A stretch of 63,913 nucleotides of DNA, filler included, from Folioceros fuciformis (Eukaryota), in the NCBI GenBank assembly GCA_049999805.1. It is 5 parts of 5 records of this genome, joined end to end, with 100 filler letters (N's around TTAATTAATTAA, not from the genome) between each part and the next. Parts side by side here need not be neighbours in the genome. Positions count along the whole stretch, not along the records: positions 23,394 to 41,121 come from JBNGIO010005951.1; 4 more parts are not named here. The stretch is one strand, 5' to 3'. Shown here in pieces: positions 25,829 through 37,264 of this stretch. The notes under the pieces were generated by a model. That model saw nothing but the letters and a program-made list of their open reading frames with translations. It was not told where the DNA came from and searched no databases. Both the position numbers and the translations under genes were made by a program. Position 1 is the stretch's first letter. The number at the start of each line of letters is the position of its first letter.

Positions 25829-28800
25829 CTAGCCGACGTTCCCCCCGCCACTGAGATACGCGTTCCAGCCCACAGTCTCCAACTTCTGCGCTTTGGACAA
25901 AACCGTGTCCGTCATTTCCTCCTGATACCTCAACAGGCTACAGGAGGCAAGTGAAGACAGACACATGAGATGTCAGCACATGGACGGGACATTTTTCACA
26001 GGGAGGCTCTTGAGGGCTGTTAACAACACTCACCGCTGCTGCAACTTGGGATCGAGCGATCCCAGCATCCGGACAGCAAGCAGTCCAGCATTGGTTGCAT
26101 TCTGTATGGCAACTGTGGCAACCGGCACTCCCCTTGGCATCTGAAAGCAACACAAGTCAGGTTATCATCTACGCTGATTACACCACAAGCCATCGTTGTT
26201 GCCACTTACTTGCACAATCGACAACAGGGAGTCCAAGCCATCGGTTGAGGAAGCCTTCACTGGGACTCCGATCACTGGCAGTGGTGTCAGCGCAGCCACC
26301 ATTCCTGCGGAGGAAAGCAGGAACAACCTCTGAGACAATTCGAAACCTCCATGACACCCCTCTGCTGCGTCATGGCAAATGGAAGTCTGCATGGCCAAGA
26401 ACCGTCCGCGGGCGGAAGTACCAGGAAGGTGTGCTGCACCGCCAGCACCTGCGATGATCAACTTACGACCACGGAGGTGTGCTGTTTTTGCATACTCCAC
26501 CATCCTGTCGGGGGTGCGGTGAGCTGACACGATGGTTAGCTGCAACACCAGGGCAGCTCACTGGTCAGGGCAGGACCGGACTGGACCGGGCCGAACCGGA
26601 CGAGGCACTCATCTACTTGTCCAACATGATCTCTCCGTAGCTAGCAAGCGGAGAACCAGACCACACCAAAACACACAGCTGTGCTACCACGCGAAAGGTG
26701 GCTACCCGCACCTCGTAAGGGATATCGAAACTTTCCAAGATCTCAGCAGCAGCCTTCATTACAGGCAAGTCTGAATCAGACCCCATGATGACGGAAACAA
26801 GGGGGGCAACTGCAGGGAGAGCAGAACCAGGGAATTGAGCAGAGTGAGCCTCACGCGCTTGACTGAGGAGAAACAGGCAGTGGCAAATGGAAGCGAGGAA
26901 GGAAGAATTCTGCAAGCCAGGAAGTTTGCTAACGTGCACTTGCCTGGGGGTTCTGAGGGTTCCGAGACTGCGGTGGAGGTGATGGGAATTAACCGAGCGG
27001 GGTCACCAACCACTGCGTCCACTCGGCTCCTCACCACGGATGCTGATGGGCCAACGACAGTGATATGCCCCATCTTCCGCTGTTTCCGGATCTCTGAGGG
27101 AAATGGAGTGAGAACGACAAGACAATTGGAATGCTCTAACTGGGAAGACGCTAGTCCACGAGTTGCAGTTTCACCACTGCAGATGATCACTTTACCTGGT
27201 TTCTCATACCAATGGACGCTTGCTCCTGGAACTGCCACAGCTCTCCTCATCACCTGATGAGCCACACGAAACCCTGCATCTCCCTGCACCAGAGTGAGTA
27301 GGACGCTAAGCTACTTGATCTACAAACCAAAATGCTGCCTCTGCTGGGTGTATGGGGTCAAACGCAGCAGCTTGGCCGACTTTGAAAACAGAAGGAATTG
27401 AAGGTGGGAAGGACCTCATCCTCTCCAAGCAAGTTGACCATGAATGCCGCAGGCACCTTCATCGATGTGTCACCAAGTGGCAATCCTAGAATTGCACGAA
27501 GATGCTGTTCGTACTGAGAGACGTAACAGGCCTCTATGGTGTAGTGACCGCTGTTATGAGGCCTAGGAGCAACCTCGTTCAAAAGCACCTGCGGTAGTCG
27601 GAATCATACCTTCACGTTCAGGAAGATGTGTGAAACAGAACGATGTGATCCTGTTCTGGAAGTCGATGCACACGGCCCCGACATTCCACAAAAGCAAGCC
27701 ACGATGAGCAATATGCAGGCCAATTACCTCTCCATTGGCAAGTAAAAACAATTCCACGCCGAAGACCCCAGCGCCTTCCAAAGAAGCTACTGCTCGTTGT
27801 GCAATGTCCAGAGCAGCCTCAGCAGCCGCATGAGATATTTGAGCTGGTGCCTCTACTGTATGGCATATACTGTCTCTGAGAAACAGGGAAAGCAAACCCT
27901 CAAACCCCATGGGAGAACATACATACATACATACCACAACTGAGAGACACAACATTCATGACGAGTCTAGTGTTCTCAAACCGAGCATCACCGCAAAGAA
28001 CTCTCACCTATGTGTAGTCTCCACTACTGGAAATGAACGAATGCTCGCATCACGACCTCTTGCAACCATGACTGCCAGCTCCTGACATGTACACTATCTT
28101 ATTGTCACCACAACCCTCATGAAAGACCCTCAGAAATATCTGCCTATAGTTAACGCTCCCAGACCTTCACAAAGGGCGCCCATTTTTCTGCATATAGTCC
28201 TCGCTCGAAGCCACCCAATGCTGCAAGACAGGAACATGGCAGTCAAACATGAGGCCCGAGTTTGCTTCTTCCCACATTTAGAAGGGGGTTTCGAACCTCA
28301 CAATCCACAGCCTTCATCAATTCCTCTTTCGTGCGGGCTACAGCATTGCCCCTTCCGTCGTAAGCAAGCCTTTGGCTCTTGACCATCAAAGGATAACCAA
28401 AACGAGCACCAGCTTCTTCTGCAGTCTCTATATTGTCTATCTGTCACAAGTTCGTCAGTCGATACCAGGCCATCTGCTTGCTGTGCGTTCAGCAGAGCTT
28501 GAATATTGGGCAGGAAGCAAACCCCAGCCCAATATCATACAAGGCCTGGTATGGCGGAGAATAGGAAAACAAATCACCTTCATGAAGGCAGGAACGGGAA
28601 CTCCACGTGAACTGAAGTATTGTTTCTGCAGGTACTTGTCCTGCACCGAAGCACATAATCCGGCATCAGGCAGAGACGAAAGCAGCTGGAAGCAAGGCAA
28701 ACAGGCTGTGCGTGAAACAACATCGAACCTGAATCATGCGGATGGTGAAAGGTTTTGGCTCGATATCCACACCTTCGCTTGCAAGAGAGTCGAGCGTGTC

Positions 28801-29515
28801 GACATCCACATGTTCAATCTCTACAGTCAAAGCACCACACCTGGTTCACAAACCCATCCAGATTTTCAGAAGCCTCCAGATGCACACAAGATCTGCACAC
28901 ATTGGACAGAGGAAGCGTTACCGTTTTGCGAATTCTCGCACAGCATTGGTGTCACGAAAGCTCCCCACTGTGTGCAGAAAGGCGATACCACTGGCTGGGC
29001 AGTCCTCCAGGGGATCCAGTATCGCTATCTTGATCCCCATCTGGGACGCAGCTTGACACAGCATGCGCCCCAGCTGCCCACCACCCAGGACGCCCACCAC
29101 CGTATCGCAAAGGCCCACCACAGAAGTGCACAGGTCATCGCTGCGACAAGGAGCACCCATGTCACACAATGCACCCAGCGAATCAAGCTGGCAGCCCACG
29201 GAACACCACACAAAGACAGAATTGCCTCCTTCTGTACCATTCGGTGAGCCTTGCAGAACCATCGGTCATGACTGCAGACACTGAATTGTCCGCCGCAGCT
29301 GAGCAACCCGATTTCACAAGCTTCCGCCCACCTTCGGGCACGAGCCAGGCCCTGCCTCTTCCAGAAGTCCGCGTCGGCCCCGAGCATTCAAGCCTGAACG
29401 CTGACAGCCTGGGACAGCAGCAGCTCTGCAAATACGAGGATAGACGTCCCCTGAGCCCCTCGCCCGACGACCATGCTAGCCAGTTCGCAGGGTAGGAGTG
29501 GCACAGGGCCCCCAT
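25829..29515 (-). CDS. PUR6: Phosphoribosylaminoimidazole (AIR) carboxylase, PurK-PurE fusion, plastid-targeted
   Basis: PurK motifs [54 protein letters not shown]. PurE motifs [54 protein letters not shown]. The exon-1 ATG (MGALCHSYP...) is inferred. Confidence 0.94.
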
Positions 29516-29659
29516 GTCCCGTATCACCGATTCTTCTTCTCGGATAGCTCCGGAAGCCGGCTTTTAGAAGGATTTGTTCAAGCCTGTCACGAACTACATT
29601 GTTGCTGTTGCTGATAAATTCAAATCTAGGTCTCTTCTCCTTGCAAACAGCTTGAGAGC
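29516..29659. promoter_or_regulatory. Putative shared bidirectional promoter / overlapping 5' UTRs of PUR6 and PUR2
   Basis: Only 144 bp separate the two divergent predicted ATGs. Confidence 0.6.
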
Positions 29660-31729
29660 ATGGCTACGATGGCTGCGATGGCAGCGCCGTGTGCGAATGG
29701 AGTCGACTCCAGGAAGCTGGCTTGCACTGCATTCACGTGTACTGGCACTGGCAGGCCCTGCTGCATTCGTGCATCTTCCGCTGCCTGGAGGTTGCCGAGT
29801 CCGAGCTTGAGGAAAGCGGTGTTGGAGGAAGATGTGGGCAGTCGGCGAGCAGCTACTGGTTGGAAAGCTGAGGAGGAAAGTGCTACTCGCAAGAGCCCGA
29901 AGCCACTTCCAAATCAAGGGGTAAGCATGGACGATGGTTGTTGTAGGGATGCTTTGTCACTCTTGTTTAGATCTTGTTTGTTGAATTTTGGAGTGTCAAG
30001 GATTGTCGTGGGCGATGAATGGCAGGCTGCTGCGGAGCCGGTCCCTGACGGTGCGGGAGGTGTGAACGTGCTTGTGATCGGCGGAGGCGGGAGGGAACAT
30101 GCTCTTTGCCATGCCCTGCGCCTTTCACGTTCCTGCAGCAATGTATTCTGTGCTCCGGGGAATGCTGGGATCTCTGCAGATGGCAGTGCAACGTGTGTGG
30201 AGTGGCTTGACGTATCCAGAAACGATGCCGTACTCTCCTTCTGCGCCAAGTATGGAGTAGGGTTGGTAGTTGTCGGGCCAGAGGCACCGCTTGTGGCAGG
30301 GCTGGTGGACTATCTGACGGAATACGGGATTCCCACATTCGGGCCCTCTCAAAGGGCTGCAGCATTGGAAGGATCTAAGGACTTTATGAAGCGGATCTGT
30401 GACAAGTACGATATCCCTACAGCCAAGGTTGTCCAACCAACACGCCAATCCTGGCAGTGGCAATGCAGTGACGAGATAGATTTGATGGATGCTAGTTGCT
30501 TGTATCCCCGTCCCGTCCCAGTGAGGAGATAGACTTGATGGATGCTAGTTGCTTGAATCCTTCCCTTCCCATCCCTTGAAGATGGATTTGATGGATGTTA
30601 GTTGCTTGAATACCTTGCCCTCCCGCCCCTCCAGCTGTGAGTGTCTGTCTCATGACGGCTCATGTGCATGCAGTATCGATCCTTCTCAGACCCATCAGCT
30701 GCCAAGGCCTACATACAAGAGCAAGGAGTGCCGATTGTCGTCAAGGCTGACGGACTGGCAGCTGGCAAGGGTGTGATAATAGCAGAGACTTTGCAGGATG
30801 CCTTTGATGCTGTGGACTCCATGCTCTTGGCGAAGACTTTTGGCCAGGCGGGAGCAGTGATTGTGGTGGAAGAGTTTTTGGATGGCGAGGAGGCATCCTT
30901 CTTTGCAGTGGTCGATGGTGAGCATGCTGTCCCATTGGCCTCGGCCCAGGATCACAAGCGTGTGGGGGATGGGGATACAGGGCCCAACACCGGAGGAATG
31001 GGGGCCTACTCCCCTGCTCCAGTCTTAACTCCCCGGCTGGAGGCGGTGATCATGGATAGCATTATCTTGCCCACAGTCAAGGGAATGGCAGCCGAAGGAG
31101 CCCCATTCGTAGGCGTTCTCTACGCAGGAGTAATCATCGAAACTAAAACGGGAATGCCCAAGCTCTTGGAATACAACGTCCGTTTTGGAGACCCAGAGTG
31201 TCAGGTATGCTCACCCTATTTAACACGACCAAGTACTTTTTTCCTCCCCTTCCACCCTCCTTCCTTCCCTTACCTTCTTCCCTGCTGTGCACAGGTTCTG
31301 ATGATGCGTCTCAAGTCAGATCTCGTGCAGCTGTTGATGAAAGCTTGCGCAGGGCAACTGGAGGGAGTCCGTTTGGAGTGGGATGAGTCCCCTGCACTGG
31401 TTGTGGTATTGGCTAGCAAAGGTTACCCTGGCTCATATGTCAAGGGCTCCATTATCAGAAACCTCGAGGAGGCTGAGACCCTGGACCAAGGAGTGAAGAT
31501 ATTCCATGCAGGCACAGCCTACGATGACTCACACAACCTGGTTGCAGTCGGGGGCAGGGTACTGGGAGTTGTAGCCCTGGCTCCAGACATTCGAGCTGCC
31601 CAAGAGAAGGCTTACGACGCTGTGGATGTAATAGACTGGCGAGATGGTTTCTGCAGGCGCGACATAGGATGGCGGGCTGTCTCTCGACTGCTAGAAGCAA
31701 GACCACCGAAGTCCAAATTACTTACGTGA
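29660..31729 (+). CDS. PUR2: Phosphoribosylamine--glycine ligase (GAR synthetase, PurD), plastid-targeted; 4 exons
   Basis: [102 protein letters not shown]. Confidence 0.97.
30473..30620. repeat. Three ~54-bp tandem copies within PUR2 intron 2
   Basis: gatRgaYttgatggatgYtagttgcttg at ~30475, ~30528 and ~30581. Confidence 0.85.
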
Positions 31730-32066
31730 CACCAACATGGCTGGCTGGCTGGCTGGGATTAGGTAGGAACGTGACTCACTACTTGCCAGGTGGGTTTGGT
31801 AAACACACCAGATGTAGCTAACTTCACGTAGAGCAGACAATTTTGCTGTCACCTTCCAAGGGTAGCATTCGGCACCTTTCCATCTTTAACGATTCCCTCC
31901 CTTTTCTTGCACTTGGAGGCAAATACCGTGAAGACCTTCTTGTGGAGGGGGGCTTTTTCCCAGTTTCACCAACGCCCCAACGTGCAGTGAACCAAAGACC
32001 CCTTCCCGATTAAACAAACCCGCGTGGAGGTCTTCATTCCGGCCGAGCCAGGGAGGAGGGCTGGCG

Positions 32067-33376
32067 ATGGCACACGCAGCAATGCGGGGCCCCTTGGCTG
32101 CGGCCTCCTCCTCGACCTCGGTGCCGCACGGTGCACCATCTCCATCGCCATCCGTCTGGGGGGCCGCGTGCTCGCCGTCCTCCTCCTTCTCCTGGTCCCA
32201 TGGCGACTTCTCCAGGCGGGCAGAGGCGGGAGCCATGGCGTCGAGCGCCAGTCCGCTGGGACTGGCGAATTCCGTGCGTTCGGGGAGAAATTGCAGGCGG
32301 TTTGATGTTTGGATGGTGAGGTCGGGGTTTTTCGGGTCCTGGGAGGGGAGGAGGTGGCCGTCCCTGTGCTGCTCTTTGATTACAGAACCGCACCAGCGAG
32401 GGAAGCGCCAGGGTTTTCTGCCGGTAGGCGAACGTAGGCCCTGTTTAACCTGGCATTCTCTTGGCTGTGCTACACATGTTAGGTCTATTTGGCCGGATTT
32501 CTTGTTTGTTCCAGGACGAATTGATGCCTCATGGAGGTGGACTGTGTGAGGGAATTCGACTTCCCTAAGCTGCGCAATTCTAAGTTTCGGTGCTGTCCAG
32601 GTTAGAGCCGCTGCCGGACCGAGTGACGGGGTGAGGTGGTGGGAGAAGGAAGCAGGACCGAATGTGCACGATATTCATTCAACGCAGGAGTTTATTGATG
32701 CTCTTTCTAAAGCCGGGGACAAGCTTGTGGTTGTGGAGTTTTTCGCTACCTGGTGTGGCTCGTGCCGCGCTTTGTATCCTAAGGTACGTGCACAATTCGG
32801 ATGCGTAAGCACATGAAGAGAGTGCGAGTTAACATACAGAATCTCTGTTGCGGTGGGGCTAGCGTGACATCGCATGTTGGTCATGGTGTGTAAGCCTGTG
32901 TCTCTTACTAGTTGGTTCTGATCGTGTATGGTTTTTTTTTTGCTTTCTAGTTCTGCAAGCTGGCAGCAGAGCACGAGAATGTGGATTTTCTCAAGGTCAA
33001 CTTCGATGAAAACAAGCCGATGTGCAAGAGCTTAAACATCAAAGTTTTACCTTTTTTTCACTTTTATCGGGGGGCGGATGGGCGTTTGGATGCATTTTCA
33101 TGTTCTTTGTCCAAGGTACGGCTTCTTGCGTTGGCATTTCTGGAAGCACCGAGTTTTTACCTCAATTGCAACCTCCTTGTAGTGGGCGTTTCGGGATTGC
33201 GTTTGGCAAGCGCTGACTAGTTTGGTGCTTTGCAGTTGCAAAAGCTCAAAGATGCAATTGCGACCCACAATACTGATAGGTGTAGTATCGGCCCCCCGCT
33301 TGGGGTTGGAGACATTGACTTCACCGCTCCAGTAAGCACGTCGGACCAACCTGCTGCAGCCGGCACCTCAAGATGA
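32067..33376 (+). CDS. ACHT: Atypical Cys/His-rich (Lilium-type) chloroplast thioredoxin with WCGSC active site
   Basis: WWEKEAGPN...STQEFIDAL...[52 protein letters not shown]...[18 protein letters not shown]. Transit-like exon 1. Confidence 0.92.
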
Positions 33377-33543
33377 TTTGTCACAACACCAGTACAGATA
33401 TTCCATTGTGGATGTGTAAAGTATGTGCAGTTAGTAATCAGCTTGATTATTTCTTTCAGCTTTGTGGTTACAGTGGTAGTCCTCTGTCCTGTGAAGCATG
33501 TGGCACAAGCTCCATGCTAAAGGCTGTTCTGTTCAGTAGTGGT

Positions 33544-34053
33544 TCAGTGTTTTGTACAACCGTGCAGCAGATTGAATAGCTCCGCCATGTTCAATAATCT
33601 GTCTTCCTGCAACTTATCCTGTGAAAAAGCAGGAAGAGTGATTTTGTCGATTGAGCCAAGGATGGTTCTGACCAGCTCTGGTTCAGGTATCTCATCTCGC
33701 TTGTGAAGTAATGTTTCCACGCTTGCCCATGCATCAGCACTCTCATTCCCTACACCTGGTTGCAACTTTCTGACTTGCTCCTTTGGGGCTTTGTACCCTA
33801 CCAGGATCCTCGTACTGTGTGTCCTGAACCGGGACTTTGGAAGCTTTGTGGGTGATGCAGAGACGTTTCTACACGCACGTACAGCAACGTCCCCATCATC
33901 AAGAATGCACGGGGTTCTGGAATTTTGTTGAACGCTGCGGTCGAGTCTCACGTAGACTGGCCGCTTGAAGGGATAGTATGACGGCTTCTTCATGAGAAGG
34001 GGTGGCACTGTATGAAGAGGTGACTTCGATGGCGCTTTCTTGTTCGGTTGTAC
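33544..34053 (-). CDS. Possible terminal exon of an unidentified gene (~169 codons)
   Basis: Open frame begins directly after an acceptor-like tgtcctgcttatatgtag. No recognisable domain. Confidence 0.3.
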   Translation of the reverse strand, partial: VQPNKKAPSKSPLHTVPPLLMKKPSYYPFKRPVYVRLDRSVQQNSRTPCILDDGDVAVRACRNVSASPTKLPKSRFRTHSTRILVGYKAPKEQVRKLQPGVGNESADAWASVETLLHKRDEIPEPELVRTILGSIDKITLPAFSQDKLQEDRLLNMAELFNLLHGCTKH

Positions 34054-36099
34054 CTACATATAAGCAGGACAGACTGGAGAGGAATTTCCTGACAACTTTC
34101 CGACTTATGGATAACCAATGAACGATCTTCCTGCGGAGGTACACAGGGAAGGCAATTTCTTGCCAACCTTCCGACTTATGGATACATCAATGCGGCAGTG
34201 ACCGGGCACAGGTGAAAACGTGAATATTTGTGGTGTAACATTTAAGTTAGCAGACTTGTCTCTGCAACCGAAGGCAGGCTAGCTGCCTCGCGAGCAGTCG
34301 GGCTGGCGGTGGGGTCAGGGCAGACGAGTGATTGGCCTGCCGTGAGGGTGCTGGACATAGTGACAAGTGGGCTGTCCCAATTCGGAACTCGAAGCCAAGC
34401 CAGGCCCGGCCAGGCAGGGCAGGGCAGGCAAACCTCCATGTCTTACATGTATGTATGTACTACACGCAGTAATGGACCATCGCTCGCCGACGGTGGCCGT
34501 GCTGGTGCCAATGGCGACGACTTGTCAAGGCGCCTTTTCACCTCCTTTCTTTGTCTGCAGGTTTATACACCTATCTCTGTATTATATTTGTATCTACGTG
34601 CACTGGATTAGGCCAGGAAAGGGGTGCCGAGAATGTGTAACACTCATCAACGTTGGCACTGGGCATATGCCCTGCTACTCAGATGTAGCTAGGTCTTTGG
34701 ATTTGCTGGATAAGATACTTGATGATTGCCTTGCCCCACGATGCCCCGCTGCACCAGCCAGGCCTGAAGCAGGGAGTCAGCATTCCTGTGCCCGCAGCAG
34801 CAGACTTCGTGGTTCGTCTGCTGCACTCGTCGCTTTAGGGCGACCACGCAGGAGACAGGATTGGGAGAAAGCAGCTCCAAGGAAGCAGGAAGCGTAAAGG
34901 AAATTGCAAATTTCCGAATGGAGTGGGCTGCAGTACATGGCATTTCCTTGAGTTGCATTGGCCTGCCATGCACTGCCGGGTGCCATGTCGGGCCTACAGC
35001 ACATGGTGGGGAGTCAGCAGGAGGGCCGCCGTCCCGGCGTCGTCGACCTTCCGTCTACGTGACTAGCTAATCCGCAGTATTGTATGCGAGGGAATGCAGG
35101 TCAAAGTGAATTCAAGGCCCTGCCTGAAAGGTAGGATACTCGAGCATAGTCTGCGTCAACAAATAACGAGGGGCCAGCTCCGTTTTGCATTTCCCCGCCG
35201 TGAAGCCCTGACATCATCATCGATGTCACCCGGCTTTGGCATGTACCCAGCCCTCAACATGAACAAATTAGGTGGGAGCGCGGTGGGTCCGCCTCTTTAT
35301 CCACCCCTGCTCCAATCAGGGTACGCTGCTCCAGCCCGGTTCGAACCTGGGATCTGACGTTCTTGTCGTTTTGTGATGTAAGTACACAGATGTGTATATG
35401 TAACAGTGCTAGTGTGGCCCCACATGCTGCTGGCCTGTACATGCGTGCAGTACAGTCCTTAGTGTTAACGGAGAGGGGAGTTGGAATTTGGGTTACACAC
35501 CGGCGACCGTTGCGAGATACAAGGGTATCTATGCATCTCTCTCTAGGCGCGACCGGGAGGCCGGTCCAGAAAGTCGGGCCGGAGCAGGAGATAGTTCGGC
35601 CAGATAGTTTTGCCGGGGGGTGGCGTAATGGAGTGTGCTGCCGGGAGGACGTGACCAAACGGAACGGGGTGGCGGTGGGGCATGGCCAGGGGGGGAGGGG
35701 GTGGAGCTGGGGGTTGGCGCCAATGCCACCCCGTGCCCGGGCCCGGCCCTGGGCCCATCTCACCTTTTCCTTTAGGCTTGTTGCTTTTGCTTTGCTTTCC
35801 TTGGCAGCATAGCACGACGAGGCCCCACGGAAGTCCGGGGTGGCCGCTCGGCCATCCCGGGTTTTAACGGGACCAGGCCCAGCCCCGTGCTGCTGCTGGG
35901 CGGCACTTTTTGAGNNNNNNNNNNNNNNNNNNNNNNNNNNNNNNNNNNNNNNNNNNNNNNNNNNNNNNNNNNNNNNNNNNNNNNNNNNNNNNNNNNNNNN
36001 NNNNNNNNNNNNNNCACCCCGCTTTTCTTCTCTGGATTGGATGCACCCGCAGCGTCAGCCGCTTGGTGTGGCAGTGGCATCCGGTCCCAGCATCATCTG

Positions 36100-36320
36100 C
36101 CTTTCCTCCTCCCCTTCCTGCTCCTTCTCCCTCCTCCTCCTTCTCCTCCTCCCCCGCCTTCACTCCCCTCTCCTTCCTCCTCCTCCTTCACTTCCTCCTC
36201 TTCCTTCCTGCTCCTTCTCTTCCTCCTCCTCCCTCCTCCTGTCCTCTCGTGTTTCTCCTCACCTTTCACTGTTCCTCCTCCCTGACCCTCCCCTTCTCCT
36301 CTGCTTGCCTTTGCTGCTTG
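36100..36320 (+). repeat. Polypyrimidine (TCC/CT)n low-complexity tract upstream of the COL gene
   Basis: Almost purely C/T over ~200 nt. Confidence 0.85.
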
Positions 36321-37264
36321 GCTTTCTGCTAGTGTGCTGGGTTGCGTTGTCATCCTCTTCTGCATACTCGTTGACTGCCTGTCGCATACGCCGGCCCTCT
36401 CTCGGCGCCTTGTCCCACTCCACTCAACGCACATTCTCCTGGACAATTAGCTTCCTGCTTTCCCTTCCTTTCCCCATTCCTTGCTCATTTCGGTCCTTCC
36501 TCCCCTGCCCACTTTTTCCTTCTCGGGATGCCGTTTGTCGCTGAGTTATACTCCTTTTCTCTGCTCTGTTCACGGGCTGGTCCGCCCGCGCTTAGTTCAC
36601 CTCAACTCTGCACTCTTGCCTTCTCTGCTCCCAAAGGGCCCTCTTGAATTCGGCTACTGGCCTGCAGGCTTGTAGATCATACCGAGGGGGGTAACTTGCC
36701 AGCCAACTCTACTTCCCATTGTGCTAACTGCGTGGGATGGAAGTACTATCCGGTGGATTCCCGCTGCTAGAGTGGGCAACAGCCTGCTTGCGGAGCTCCG
36801 GATTTGTGGGTGCATGTTGAAAGTGAGGGCCACCTTCGTTGCTAATCCACCTTTTCTTGTGCCCCAGCCAGCTTCCGTACGCGGGAAGCACTGTCGTGTA
36901 GCTTCATTGTACCACCTGCAGCTGCGCGACCGCTCGCCATCCTGCAAGTGATAGGCAGAAGCGGATCGCCGGATTCGGCAGTTCTGGCACTCGGTGGGAG
37001 GCAAGGCGTGGTCTGTGTGCGGGTGAGGTGATACAACGCTTTGGTTGGCCCATTGGCATCGGATCCAGGAAGGATCAACCTCGGAGCGGGAAACTCGGGG
37101 CCAGATTCTGGATATGGGACGGGGGCCCGAATTGGGTGGTTGCAGGGGATGAATGGCTGGACAGGTTGATCAGTGTGGGTAGCTTACTTGCACATCAGGA
37201 GGAGCCGAGCAGGGCAGAGCACATCGTGCCTCAGGTTGCTTGCAGTCCGAGTCTGTTTCCCGCT

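Noticed and set aside
30473-30620. Intronic C/D snoRNA cluster in PUR2
   Set aside because: TGATGGA is not a proper C box and there is no matching CTGA D box; it is a simple tandem duplication.
2173-31729. Bacterial-like genes (radA, miaB, purK/E, purD) as horizontal transfer or contamination
   Set aside because: All have spliceosomal introns and transit-like N-termini, and are standard nuclear-encoded organellar genes in plants.
35840-36544. 234-aa Pro/Ser/Leu ORF and its antisense Glu/Gly-rich ORFs
   Set aside because: Products of the CT-rich tract and an N gap.
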